This document shows, piece after piece, positions 1-16,805 of a stretch of DNA of 64,000 bases. The position numbers were made by a program, and so were the translations under genes. Location of the stretch: the NCBI GenBank assembly GCA_050613775.1, contig JBODTK010000114.1, forward strand, positions 1 to 64,000, given 5' to 3'. Numbering within the stretch: position 1 is the first letter of the stretch; every line of letters starts with the position of its first letter. The stretch comes from Neocallimastix sp. 'constans'. Taxonomy: Eukaryota. The notes under the pieces are model-generated. The model was not told the DNA's origin. It saw nothing but the letters and a program-made list of their open reading frames with translations, and did not search any database.

Positions 1-2849
1 TTCTTTGCTGGATTTCATCACAAAGAAGAGTAACTTTCTATAATTATTGAATTAACATGTTACAAAAATTAATATTTTATTTATTAAGAGTTATCAATTT
101 ACAAATTTTTTTACGTTTTATATATATATATAAACTTACAGAAAGTGATCCATTTAATTCAGTAGCGAGATTTTGTAATCTTTCAATTTCTCTTTCGCTA
201 TTTTCAGAGGCATTAACTCTTTGGGAATGTTCATCATCACATAATAAAGTAACATTCTATTTTTATATTTTTATATTATGTATTATTAATATTATTTTAT
301 ATTTATATTTATATTTATATTTATATTTATATTTATATTTATATTTATATTTATATTTATATTTATATTTATATTTATATTTATATTTATATTTATATTT
401 ATATTTATATTTATATTTATATTTATATTTATATTTATATTTATATTTATATTTATATTTATATTTATATTTATATTTATATTTATATTTATATTTATAT
501 TTATATTTATATTTATATTTATATTTATATTTATATTTATATTTATATTTATATTTATATTTATATTTATATTTATTTATTATTAATAATATTAATATTT
601 TTTTTATTTCAATATCATATCGTAAAATTTAAAATTATTATTATATTCAAAATTTATTTAATAAACGTTTATAATTTTATATTTAATTTATATATTTGCA
701 TAAACTTACAGCTAAGTTACTGTTAAGAACAACAGCTTCTTCCTTTAACTTTTGGATATTTTCTTCTTGTTCATTAACCAAATTAGTAAATTTCTTTTAT
801 TATTAAAATAAAATAAAATAAAATAAAATAAAATAAAATAAATAGTAGAATATGAATATGAAGTACAGATTGAATAAAATAAAATAAATAGTAGAATATG
901 AATATGAAGTACAGATTGAATAAAATAAAATAAAATAAAATAAAATAAAATAAAATAAAATAAAATAAAATAAAATAAAATAAAATAAAATAAAATAAAA
1001 TAAAATAAAATAAAATAAAATAAAATAAAATAAAATAAAATAAAATAAAATAAAATAAAATAAAATAAAATAAAATAAAATAAAATAAAATAAAATAAAA
1101 TAAAATAAAATAAAATAAAATAAAATAAAATAAAATAAAATAAAATAAAATAAAATAAAATAAAATAAAATAAAATAAAATAAAATAAAATAAAATAAAA
1201 TAAAATAAAATAAAATAAAATAAAATAAAATAAAATAAAATAAAATAAAATAAAATAAAATAAAATAAAATAAAATAAAATAAAATAAAATAAAATAAAA
1301 TAAAATAAAATAAAATAAAATAAAATAAAATAAAATAAAATAAAATAAAATAAAATAAAATAAAATAAAATAAAATAAAATAAAATGTAGCAATATTGTT
1401 AATAATAATTTATTAATATATTTGTTTATTTTATATTATTTTAAAAATATAATTGATATTATTTATTATTTTATTAATGTTAATATTTACTTGAATAATG
1501 TTAAGTGAATCATTAATGGAATTAATTGCTTCAGAATTTTCATCTTGTTTTAAATTATTGGATAATTGCTAAATTAAAAATTTTTTTTTTTTTTTTAAAA
1601 AAAATTTTTTTAAAAAAAAATAAAATAAAATTTTAATAAATTATCCTATTTTATATATTTTAATTTAAATTGTTAAGGATTAGATTTACAGAGAAAATTT
1701 ACCATCAAGTTTTGTTTAATATCATTAACAGCTTTGAGGAAATCATTGGCAGAATTTGAGGGTGAAAGAGCCATCTATAATTTTGTAAGAATAATAATTA
1801 TTATAATTAGAAAAATCATAATTATAATATTTAAATAATAATAATATAATAATAAATATGTTTTCTATAATAACATACATTAACAGAGGAGTTTTCTAAA
1901 ACAATACATTTTTCAGATAATTCCTATTAATTTATTTTAATATTAATAACATTTTCTTTTGAAAATAATAAATGATGTAGAAATTTATATATTTATATCA
2001 TTTTTTTTTCAAATTATTTTTAACCATTATATACCTTTAATTGATTTTCTAAAGAAGCAATTTCAGAATTTTGCTTTTCAATTAAAGCCTTATCAGATAA
2101 TGTCTTTTGCTTACTAAGTCTTCTGTGCTTCAATGGATCAACAACATTTCTAGTAGTAGTAGTAGTAGTAGTAGTTTTACCTATTAATGTTAATATTTAA
2201 TATAATAATACATATAGCATTTAATATAATTTTTTATATAAAATACAATATCAAAATATATTAATATATTAATTTTTTTAAAATAAATTTTATATTTATA
2301 TCTTGATTTTTTCTTTTTAATAATTAATAATTAATAATTATTTATATATATATTTATTTTATTTTTAAATTTTGTTTTGCATAATATAATATAAATAATT
2401 TAACATTTATATTAATATTTACCCTTTGAAGTAGTAGTAGTAGTGGAAGTGGTTTTTGGAACATTTGAATATTTTGTTGTTTTTGGAGTGCTTTTAGTAC
2501 TGCTTCTTGAAGAAACAGAAGGTGTTTTAGTAATTTTAGTGGTTTTAACGTGACTTGGATGATTATGTGTGTGAGTAGTAGTAGTGGTAGTTCTATATAC
2601 TGAACTTACAGGAGTTTTAGTAGTAGTAGTTTTCTTAGTAACATAATTTGAAGATATTTTAGATTTTGAAGTTGTAGCTCCATTGTTAATTGATCTTTTT
2701 GGAAGAGTAGATTTAAATGATTTATTTGAATTTTCTCTTGCAGCATTTCTACTATTTTCTCTAATTTCATTAGCAAGCATTTCAATTTCAGCTTCTAAAA
2801 TCTTCTTTCTGCTGTTATTTTCGGCCTTCCTTAATTCATTAGATAACAT
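1..2849 (-). CDS. Uncharacterised protein: Thr/Ser/Lys-rich N-terminus followed by coiled coil; multi-exon, 3' end beyond window start
   Basis: ATG at 2849. GT-AG exons at about 2849-2423, 2180-2035, 1923-1879, 1774-1703, 1568-1491, 793-710, 256-140 and 37-1 join in frame (LIEKQNSEIASLENQLKELSEK; KFTNLVNEQEENIQKLKEEAVVLNSNLA; NVTLLCDDEHSQRVNASENSEREIERLQNLATELNGSLS; KVTLLCDEIQQR). No family recognised. Confidence 0.75.
296..576. repeat. (TTTATA)n microsatellite, intronic
   Basis: Perfect hexamer run; explains the LYLYLY ORF at 57-632. Confidence 0.95.
805..1386. repeat. (TAAAA)n microsatellite carrying two copies of a variant 33-bp unit, intronic
   Basis: Pentamer run with TAGTAGAATATGAATATGAAGTACAGATTGAA at about 843-874 and 889-920. 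Confidence 0.95.
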
Positions 2850-4805
2850 TTTTATGAATTTTATTAATTTTTAAAATGAATTTTCTTTTTATTGTGTTAG
2901 ATAGGTATTTAATTAATCTAAAAAAATAATTTCTTTTAGTTTTTTTTTATTTTATTAAAATATTAAAATTCTTTATGTATATCTTTTATTACAATTTTAT
3001 TGTTAAGGAAAAAAAAGGAAATATATTTTAGTTTTATATTTTTATAATATCACCAATTCTTCTTCTTTTTTTTTTTTTTTTTTTAATTTCTTAGCTTTTT
3101 ATCAATTTCCAGTATATTATAAATAGAATAATACAATATAAAAAGATATATAAAAATATATTATATAATATATAATTTATGTATTCATATAAAAATAAAT
3201 AATTTTAATATAATAAATAAAATTATTATTTAGTTTTATGATTAATTTTATGTATATTTACTAATAAATTTTAATTATTTTATAATAATATTATTTATTT
3301 AATTATTTAATTATTATTTAGTTATTTATTTATTATTTAATTAATTAATTAATTATTTATTTATTTATTATTTATTTAATTATTTATTTATTATTCAATT
3401 ATTTAATTATTTTTTTTTTTAATTTTATAATTATTTGAAAGTCAAAATTTCTCATTTTTCTTATTTATTTTTCTTAACAAGTATAAATTAAATATAAAAT
3501 TGAGTAATATAATATATTTACAATTTATTGAAATTAATTAATTTCATATATTTTATACGTAGTTCTTTTCATATAAATTAAAATTAATTAATCTTTAGCA
3601 TTAATAAAATTTATAAAATTTTTGTATTTTTTTTTTTAAATTTTAATGAAAAGATTTGAAATATAGTATATTGTAATATATGGATCATAAATATAAAAAT
3701 TTAATCTATTTTACTTATTTCCGTTTTTAGGCATATTATAAATTAATTATATTAAATAAAATTAATTATATGAAATTATAAAATGTCATAACCTCATCCT
3801 TCACTAGAACAGATTAATATATATATATGTATATATAATATGTATAGTTATAAAATTAATTAGAAAATTAAATATAAAAATACTTAATGAAATTTATTCA
3901 ATCTGAAAATATACTAAATAATAATGAATAATACTTAATGAATAATGAATAATGAACAATGAACAATGAATAATAAATAATAAATAATAAATAATAAATA
4001 ATAAATAATAAATAATAAATAATAAATAATAAATAATAAATAATAAATAATAAATAATAAATAATAAATAATAAATAATAAATAATTAAATAATTAAATA
4101 ATAAATAATCGATAATAGATTGAAATTTTAATTTCATGATTAACTACAGAATTATTTTAAAAAATGATTTGAAACATATAAATAATTAAATTGAAACTTT
4201 AAAATTTCTGTATTATACATGATATTAAATTAATTTTTTTTTTAAAAAAAAAAATTAATTGTTAATAAATCGTTATAGATTAAGAATTTTAATAATTACT
4301 AATAATTAAAAAAAAAATTATAAAAATAGTAATAATAGTTGAAAAACTTATAAATATTCTATTAGTAATGGTAAAAGAAGAAAAAATTATCGAAACCGAA
4401 TTTAATAATATATAAAAAAAAATAATTAATTTTTTTTTTTTATGGTTTTAAAATATTTAAAATAAATAATTTTTATAATTTTAATTCAACAAAGAAAAAT
4501 TTTTAAATATATTAGTTTATCGAAACTATTTTATTTTTTTTAAACTATTTTTTTAAATAAGTAAAAAAAAATGTTAATGTTAATATACACTAATCATAAA
4601 CTACGAGTATTCATGAGTATTTTTTCTTAACATACTTTATAGTATATTTTATAAAAAATTTCAAAATTATTGATAAAATTTTTTTCTTTTAAATTATTTA
4701 CGAATAATACTATTAACAACAATAATAATAATACTAATTCTAATATAAATACTAATACTGATAATAATAAAATTCTAATTTTTTCAATAAATTATAAAAA
4801 GTTAA

Positions 4806-4854
<49 letters not shown>

Positions 4855-5143
4855 TTATATATCAATAAGAAATATGTAAAATTTTAATTAAGAACTTTGT
4901 TTTGCTCTATAGAGTATACTTTATTTCAAATAAATTTTAAATTTATGCATAGTAATAGCATTAAATAATTATTGAACTACTCAAATTTCAATTTTTATAT
5001 CTACCATGTAAAGTGGTAACTTTTTTTATTTAATCATTTAACTATTTATTTTAATTTTGTTTTATATAGAGTAATTATTACTTTTATTAATCAGCAAAAA
5101 TAAAGATATATCAATTTTATTATTTTTATTTTATTTTAAAAAA

Positions 5144-5182
<39 letters not shown>

Positions 5183-5445
5183 AAAATAATAAAAAAAAAA
5201 AAAAAGAGAAAAAGAAAGATTTGTAAAGAAAAATGTTTCATATTATTTTTTCAATGATTTTTATTTAATTATTAAATTTTTATCATGTGTTTATATAAAA
5301 TTAATAAGTTTTAAATATTAGATATATAATTAAATTTTAATATTAAATGAATAATAAAATAGAACAATTTTAAATTATATAATAAAAATAATAAAAGATA
5401 TATTATATAATGTAATAATACTAATACCAATATTAATGGTAATAC

Positions 5446-5477
<32 letters not shown>

Positions 5478-7599
5478 TAATAATTAAATAAATTAATTTT
5501 TAATATTATTTATACCACAAATTTCGAATATATATATTATTTTTACAGAACTGAATAATCTTTTTATTAATTTTTTTGATAAGCAAGTTTAAATGAAAAA
5601 GAATTATAAATAAAAATTAAATAATAAATAAATAAATAAATAAATAAATAATAAATAAATAAATAAATAATAAATAATAAATAAATAAATAAATAATAAA
5701 TAATAAGTAATAAATAATAAATAATAAATAATAAATAATAACTTAAAAATAAATATTTGAAAATAGTTAATATTAATAATTAGTATGTTAATATATATTA
5801 CTGATTACGATTACTGCTTTTTCACAATTCTTAATTATTCTTAGTAATTAATAATAAATTAATTAATGTAATATAATAAAATTAAAGTTTATGTCGTAAA
5901 ATATAATTTTTAGAAAGTACAAAATAAAATAAAAATAAAGATAAAGTATAAAAATCAATATTAATTTTTTAATTATTTATTTTAAATTAATTAATCAAAA
6001 TATTTTATTGATATAATAACAATAAAATAATATATAAAAATAATTAAATGGCTTAGAGGTAACAATAAAATAGTAATAAAAACTAATTAATAAATAATGA
6101 AAAATTATAATGTCAAATTAATTTATTTTATTTTATATATACAAAGTATAGAATTATACAGAATATTTTATTATGATTAAATATTCAAATTTATATTTTA
6201 AGATGTAATAAAATGAAATAAAAATTTAATTTTGGTTTTAATTCTCCAAAAAACAAAAAAAGAATAAAAAAGAATAATATTAATAATACTATTTTATTCT
6301 TGGAGAATTATTGATTGCTGTAATATAAAATTTTAAAAATAATAGAGAAATTTAATATTATTAAAAGTAATGCTTAAATATATAATACCGAATTAAAATA
6401 TATATAACTATTTAATTTTCAATATTAGATTCTCAATGTTAGTTATATATACTTATTTTTATTATTACTATTATTATTATTATTATTATTACTATTATTA
6501 TTATTATTACTATTATTATTTTCATCATATTAATCTGTGGATATTCATTTATTATCTATTTTTATTATTTATTATTATTTGTGATATATATTCTTTATTG
6601 CTTTTTATTTATTATTTATTATTTATTATTTATTTTTTTTTATTAGCTATTTAATATTTATTATACTCATATAAATAGACTAATTATCACTATAATAAAG
6701 TGTAATTATTTTAAATCATCTTAAAGAAAGGAAAAAAAAGTTAATAAAAAAAAAAGGATTACACTTTTCCTTTTAGAGTAAAAATTTCATGAGAAGATAA
6801 CAAAAAAGTTTAAAAAAAAAATACCATAAAAATATAAAATATTAGAAATGGATGATTTAACCGATTTCATTTTCAAAATAAAAATTAATTAAAATATAAA
6901 TTTATTAAGAAAAAAGAAAAAAGAAAAAAGAAAAAATAATATAATATTATCATAATTATTATTAATAATAATCTTATTATTTTATTTTATTAGTTAATTT
7001 TATTTTGCTTTTAATTTTAATTTTAATTTTAATTTTTAATTTTTAATTTTTATTTTTTTTTTATTTTAAATGTATATGGAGAATTTTTTATATTAAAATT
7101 TCGAAAAAATTTCATAAAAATTTCAGAAATAATATTGAGGTAGTTTGTCAGTACATAACTCGTTTAATAAATATATAAATATTGTATAATTAAATAAATA
7201 ATAAAAAAATAAATAAAAAATAAAGAAGTTTATAATTTAAATAATAAATTATTTAAATAATGATAATAAATTAAAAAAGAAAAAAAACAAATAAAAAGTT
7301 TGTTGCTTATTAATTATACAACCAGTTAAGAATTTTTTTTTTTTTTTTTTTTTAAATAAAAAAGTTTATTAATATATATATATATATTTCATTTTATTGA
7401 TTTTACTTTTTTTTTTAATTTAAAAATAAATATTATACAAGTTATCGAAACTACTATAATAAAATGTATAAATTATCCTTTATTTATCATTTTTTTTAAA
7501 TTAAATTTAATAGAATGTTTTGACCATATAAAGATACATATAATTTAAATTATAATTTTTCTTTAAGTATAAACAATTAATAATTGTTTAATTAATAAT

Positions 7600-7631
<32 letters not shown>

Positions 7632-7998
7632 TAATTTCCTTTTAATAATATGCTATTGATCTCAGAATTATCTTTTATTTGGATATTATGTATCTATAAG
7701 GAAAAAAAAATACAGATAATTCTATATATTTTCTTTAATATTAATTAATTATTATTATTTATATAGAAAAGAAAAGTGAAAAAAATTATGTATAGTAAAC
7801 TCTGAACTAAAAGTTTGGTAATAGTATATATAATAACAATATATTTATATACATATATTTACATAAATTATCAACATAAAAATCAAAAGTTTTATTTTAT
7901 TAATTATTTTTTCGCTTTATATGTCGCTCTTTTTATTTATTTATTTATTGTTAAATAAATTTAATGTATAATTCACTTTTTTTTTATTTTTATTTTAG

Positions 7999-8030
<32 letters not shown>

Positions 8031-8091
8031 TTTATTAACTTTTTTAATAAAATAGAAATATATATATATATATATATAACTTTAGAATAAT

Positions 8092-8865
8092 TTAATTTAT
8101 TACTATTTTTTGGTAAGAGTGACCGTAAGAATGATTATAACAATAATTCATGTTTGATCCATTATCAGATAATATTTCTTCATTTGAAAATTCACTATTG
8201 ATATCACTATTAACAGGGTTACTTATTTTTTTGATATATTCTCTGATGTTTGAATTATTCTTATATTCATATTTTTCATCAATAGAATATTCAAAAAAAT
8301 TGTCTTTTTCATGATAAAAAAATAATACAAGAATGGAGGTATTTATGAATAAAAATAAAGTGGTGGCATTTAAATAGATATTTTGTAATAGACGATTCAT
8401 TTTAGTTTCTTTAATATATTCCCAAATAGTGTTTTCTTTGCTTTCAAAACCCATTAACCAACTATTGTATATAGATAAACTGTCAAAGTTACCTTCTTTA
8501 TTACCATTATTCATTTTTTCTAATTCTTTTTCCCATTGATAACATAACATATATAGTGATATATTTGTTAATAACAAACCAAAAATCAAACAATTTATTG
8601 CTTTCCAACTTTTTTTATATATTATTTTAAGTGGCTTTAATACTCTTTTAATGTGGAAAGGTGTACCACACACTTGACATTTCAAACCAGAATGTCTATT
8701 TTGATTTATCCAAAGATTAAGGCATTCCTTATGGGTATATTTAAAATCAGGGGATTTACAATTACATGCTGACACTATTTTTGTTGAGTTATCGTCAAAA
8801 TCTATATCATCCCAACATATGAAGCAACTATAGCTTAACGTTTCTCTTGACATTTCTTCATTCAT
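8092..8865 (-). CDS. RING-CH (RINGv, MARCH-type) E3 ubiquitin ligase with two predicted TM helices, intronless
   Basis: C4HC3 pattern CFIC...CNC...HKEC..W...CQVC near the N-terminus, followed by hydrophobic segments AINCLIFGLLLTNISLYMLCY and IYLNATTLFLFINTSILVLFFY. Confidence 0.85.
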   Translation of the reverse strand: MNEEMSRETLSYSCFICWDDIDFDDNSTKIVSACNCKSPDFKYTHKECLNLWINQNRHSGLKCQVCGTPFHIKRVLKPLKIIYKKSWKAINCLIFGLLLTNISLYMLCYQWEKELEKMNNGNKEGNFDSLSIYNSWLMGFESKENTIWEYIKETKMNRLLQNIYLNATTLFLFINTSILVLFFYHEKDNFFEYSIDEKYEYKNNSNIREYIKKISNPVNSDINSEFSNEEILSDNGSNMNYCYNHSYGHSYQKIVIN

Positions 8866-9311
8866 TTTGGATATATCTTTCTTCTTATTATTTACTAACT
8901 TTTTATAATAGAATTGATGATATATATATATATATATTAAATTGTTTTTTTTATTTATTTATATATATATATATTAATATTTTTAAACAATAGAAAAATA
9001 TATTACACAATTTTCATTAATAAATAAATAAAACTGGCAAAATTACATAATTCAATATTAAAACTATAATTTTTATTTTTTTTTTTTTATCTTTAATTAT
9101 TTATTCACAGGAGTTAAAAATAATAAATAAATAAAACGATATATACAAAAGTGAAAGGATAATAATTTTTATAGTTGAATGGTATAAAAATAGTTTTTTA
9201 TTTTTGCTTAACTATTAAAATGTTAATAAAATCATAACAAAAATAAATAATTAAATAAATATTTTATTATTATTGTTATTTTTTTTTTATTTTTTTTATT
9301 TAATTTTATTT

Positions 9312-9369
<58 letters not shown>

Positions 9370-10555
9370 CTGTATTTTATTTATTTATTTATTTATTTAT
9401 TTTTATTTCTCAGCTAATTTTTATAATTATTTTATCCCTTTATTTTTTTTTTTATATTCATGCTTTTTGTGAATAGAAATTAACAATTATATATATATAT
9501 AACTATAATAAAATAATATTATCTATTATTTCATTCTAGTATATATTTATATATATTCATAATAATTCTTTAGCTTTACTTTTTATTTATTATTTTTTAA
9601 TTTTTAATTTTTTTATTTTTATTTTATTTTATTTTTTATTTTATTTAATTTTGAATTTTTTTTTTAAAAAAAATTTAAAATAGACATATGCTTCATTTAT
9701 ATATAGTTTTTTATTATATTATATTTTATTATTAACATAATTAAAATTTTAAATATTTATGATATATTTTATAATGGTTAATTATGCTTTTAATTTAAAA
9801 GCAGAATTTTAATCATTCTCTAAAATTTTATTTAATTTAAAAAGTTAATATAAATAATATTAATAATAATGTGTAATTTTTAAATTTTAACTATACACTA
9901 ATTAAATATTATATATATAGTTAATGTATATTAAAGTAAAAAATAAAAATGAATTATTATTATTATCATTATTATTATTAATATTATTATATTTTTATAT
10001 ATGAATCTTATAATAATCAGTTTTAACTTAATTTCAATATTTTTAAACTTTTTTTTTTAAATTTATTATTAGTCTTATTAAAAAAAAAAGACTTCATTGC
10101 AATTATTATGGATATCATTAAATGTTAAAATTTTAAATGGCAATATTATGCTAATCATATTAATTCTTTTTCTTAAACAATTATTTATTAATATCTATAT
10201 TATTATCATTAACCTTCATTTATGCATCTTTATTGTAATCATTTATTAATATTTAATTATATGTTAATATTTCTCATGTTATTTATTAGTATATAATTAT
10301 ATATTTATTTTTCTTTTTATTTATTAGTATCTAATGTATTTAATTATAATGCTTTTTTTTTTTTTTTTTTTTTTTCGTTTTTAAAATTGTATGTTTTACA
10401 TCTATAAAATTTGTTATTCATTCAAACAATTTTATAAAAAAAAAAAACAAAAATTTTGAAATTTTAAAACCCATTTTGATTTAATTTTATATATTTGTCA
10501 TTCTATTATAATATATGTCTAATATATTTTTTAATTAGAGTTTGAATGTTTAAAT

Positions 10556-10593
<38 letters not shown>

Positions 10594-11911
10594 ATCAAAA
10601 TTTAAACTTTTTTTAATTATAAATAAAATTTTATTAGAGTGTAATATATCAAATTCATATATTACAATAATGTTGAATTTTTAAAAATTTTCAATAAAAA
10701 AAAAAAAAAAAAAAAAAAAAAACATTAAAATAAAAATAAACAAATAATAAATATATAGATATATATCTCTATATAAAATATAAATACAAAAAGGTCTAAT
10801 GATGAGTTAGAAAAATAATATGAGTTATAAAGATATTCATAAAATAAGGAAAATTAAAAGAAAATATTTATACAAATATAATATAAATATATATATATTA
10901 AGTATTAAATAAAAAAAAAATTTTAATCCTTTAAAATAATTAATAAAATATAGTATTTTTGATAAAAAAACTGTTGTAAATTTATTATTAGTGATTATTG
11001 TATATGAATATTAATAATAAATAGGGAACATTTAGCAATTTATGAATTATGAATTAAAAAAAAAAGTATGTATAATGTACGTATTCGTATATTATATAAA
11101 ACAAATGATTATAGAGATATGGAATATGATATATCAGAATTAGTTATTGACTTTAAAAAAAATCAAAAATCAAAAATCAATAAAATAGGATTTTAGAGTA
11201 ATAGTCAATTTTACTGCGAACGAATGATCTTGGATCTTTTTGGGCCAAAATTAAAATAAAATTTATTGACTTATCTATAAATTATTATTATTAATATTTT
11301 ATATAAAATGGAGACATGATAAAGATTTATAAATAAACAAAATTATAACAAATTAATTTAATAAATAAATAAAAAGAAAGATAAAAATAAAGTATTAAAA
11401 AAATTTTAATATATATATATATATATATATATGTATATTCAAAAGGATTTAGACCTTTCATTCATTATTTTATATTTATTAATATCTGAACTTTTTTTTT
11501 TATTGAAATTTCTTTTTTATGTATCTGTACTGTTTTTAAAGTTGTAAATTACTTGTTGTTAATTTAATATTTATTTGAATAAAAAAGATAAAACTATTTT
11601 TAATATTTATTTTATTTTAGTATTATATTTATTTTCATATTTTGATTTTATTTTTAATTTAATTCTTATTTTAAGCTTTTATTATAATAGTTTATTAAAT
11701 AAAATTTATATTTTAAGATTTTATTAAAAAAAAAAAAAAAAGTAAAAATTTAAAGTAACGAAAGAAAGTTTATATAAATATGATTAATACACAACAAAAC
11801 AAGAACAAAAACAAAAAACAAAAAACAATAAAGAAACGAAATCGATATTATTTTTTTTTCTTTACATAAATTTAAAGTCAATAGGGCTTTAATTTTAAGA
11901 ATATATATATA

Positions 11912-11946
<35 letters not shown>

Positions 11947-11989
11947 TAATCCAATAATATAAATATTAAAGAATTGAATTATTATTATA

Positions 11990-12028
<39 letters not shown>

Positions 12029-12599
12029 ATTATTATTATTATTATTACTATTATTATTATTGTTATGGAATAAAGTTTATTAGATTAAAATTAAATATTT
12101 TTATAATTATGTTATTATTTACTCTCTGAATATATAGTAAATTCTTTAGTTTACTTATAAATATATATATACGTTCAGTATGTAAAACTTTTTTAAAATT
12201 CAATTCTTATTGATAAATGGACTTCTTTAATTAATTATAAAATAAAATAAAATAAATAATAGATTAATGGTTAAAATATTAAAAAAAAAAATAAAATATC
12301 AAAATTTTTTATTATGCAAAATTTATATTTATTTTTAATTCCAAATTTTATTATATATATTATTAAGTTTCCAATTACCCTAATAAAAACAAAATTGAAA
12401 TATAAAATAAGATAAAATATAAAATAATAATAAATAATAATAAATAATAAATAATGAAATGTAATAAAAAAGTTAAAGTATTAATATATAAAAATAAAAA
12501 TCATTATATATATATATAAATAAAATAAAAATATATATAAACAATTTTAAAAAAAATTTTTATAAACTCTTGATTATTATGATTATTATTATTATTATA

Positions 12600-12651
<52 letters not shown>

Positions 12652-13046
12652 ATATATGTTAACATAACATTGTTTTTATAATTTTATTATGTATATTATT
12701 TACTTATTATTATTTACTTATTTATTAAAATATATGTATGATACATTAATTTTTTTTTATTACATTTTATTTTTAAGTTTTAAAAATATTTCTGTTTGAT
12801 TTTTTTTTTTTAGTTAAATTATTTGGTAAACGTATAAATAATACTATAAATAATACTTTTTAACAAAAAAAAATTTTTTTTATAATATAATATTATAAAA
12901 AATTTTTTTTTTATATAATATATATTCATACACATATATATATATATTTTTTGTTAAATATAAAAAAAATTATGGGTATACATTTTTATTATTTATTATT
13001 ATTTGTATTTTTTTTTTTTTTATATAATGATGGATGAACTTTTTTT

Positions 13047-15814
<2,768 letters not shown>

Positions 15815-15965
15815 TTTTTTTTTTTTTTTTTTTTTTTTTCTTTCTAAATTTTATAAATGAAAATAATTTTATTAAAAATAACTAAATTTAAACTAAAAAT
15901 ATTTATGAAACATGAAGAATATTTTGAATAGTATTTTTGATAAATATTAAAAATATTTTTATATG

Positions 15966-15975
15966 ATTGGCCAAT
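15966..15975. promoter_or_regulatory. Palindromic ATTGGCCAAT (back-to-back CCAAT boxes) about 150 bp upstream of the KAE1 ATG
   Basis: Perfect 10-bp palindrome in otherwise AT-rich upstream DNA; function inferred only. Confidence 0.3.
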
Positions 15976-16805
15976 ATTTTCTAGGAAATCCATTATTCTT
16001 GATAAATTTATATGTTAGGCTATATTTACCGTAATATTAGTAAAAGATAAAATGGTTTATCCTACTTTTTATTGATATAAATCATACAAAACAAATGATA
16101 AATTATTTCATATAAGAAAAAAATAATAATTTATTATTTATAATAATAAAAAACAAACAAACAAACAAACTAAATATATACATTTATATAAAATTTTAAA
16201 GAATATTAAATAAAATATAAATTTTTTTATATTTTTAATTATTAAATCAAAATTTAATAATTATTAAGATAAAAAAAAAATAAAATACAAAATAAGAAGT
16301 AACTAAGAATGCTTATATATTATTGAAAAATTTATTTATGTATATTTTATGTATATTTATATATATTTTTATTAAAATAAGGTGATGAGAATAGAAATAG
16401 ATATTATGGTATAAAAAAGAGAAATTGCATACATGTATTATTATTATTTTTTTTAATCCAAAAATTTAATAAATTTGAATATTAATAGGTAAAAATATTA
16501 TTAATTAAAAAAATTTTTTTATAATAATAATAATAATAATCATAATAATAATAATCGTAATCATAATAATAAAAATAAAAATAAATATTAAAGAGATTGG
16601 TACTATTAAATATAACAATTAATGAAGAATAATATTTGATTATAAATATATATTATTTTATTAATCTATGGTATCATTTAAATATCTCTATAATATTTAT
16701 TTATTTATTATTTATTATTTTATTTTATTATATTTGTTTTTTATTTTAATAAAATTTTTTTCCTGTGCTTTAATTAACTTATTTTATTCTATTTTATTTT
16801 AATAA

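Noticed and set aside
57..1393. Long ORFs (LYLY..., ILFYF...) here and at 26491-27006, 27796-28164, 46617-47729, 51063-51440 and 56678-57115
   Set aside because: Translations of microsatellites that lack stops in one frame.
16381..16390. GATGAG (PAC-like) motif upstream of KAE1
   Set aside because: A single hexamer about 570 bp away, possibly within the flippase 3' UTR; could be chance.
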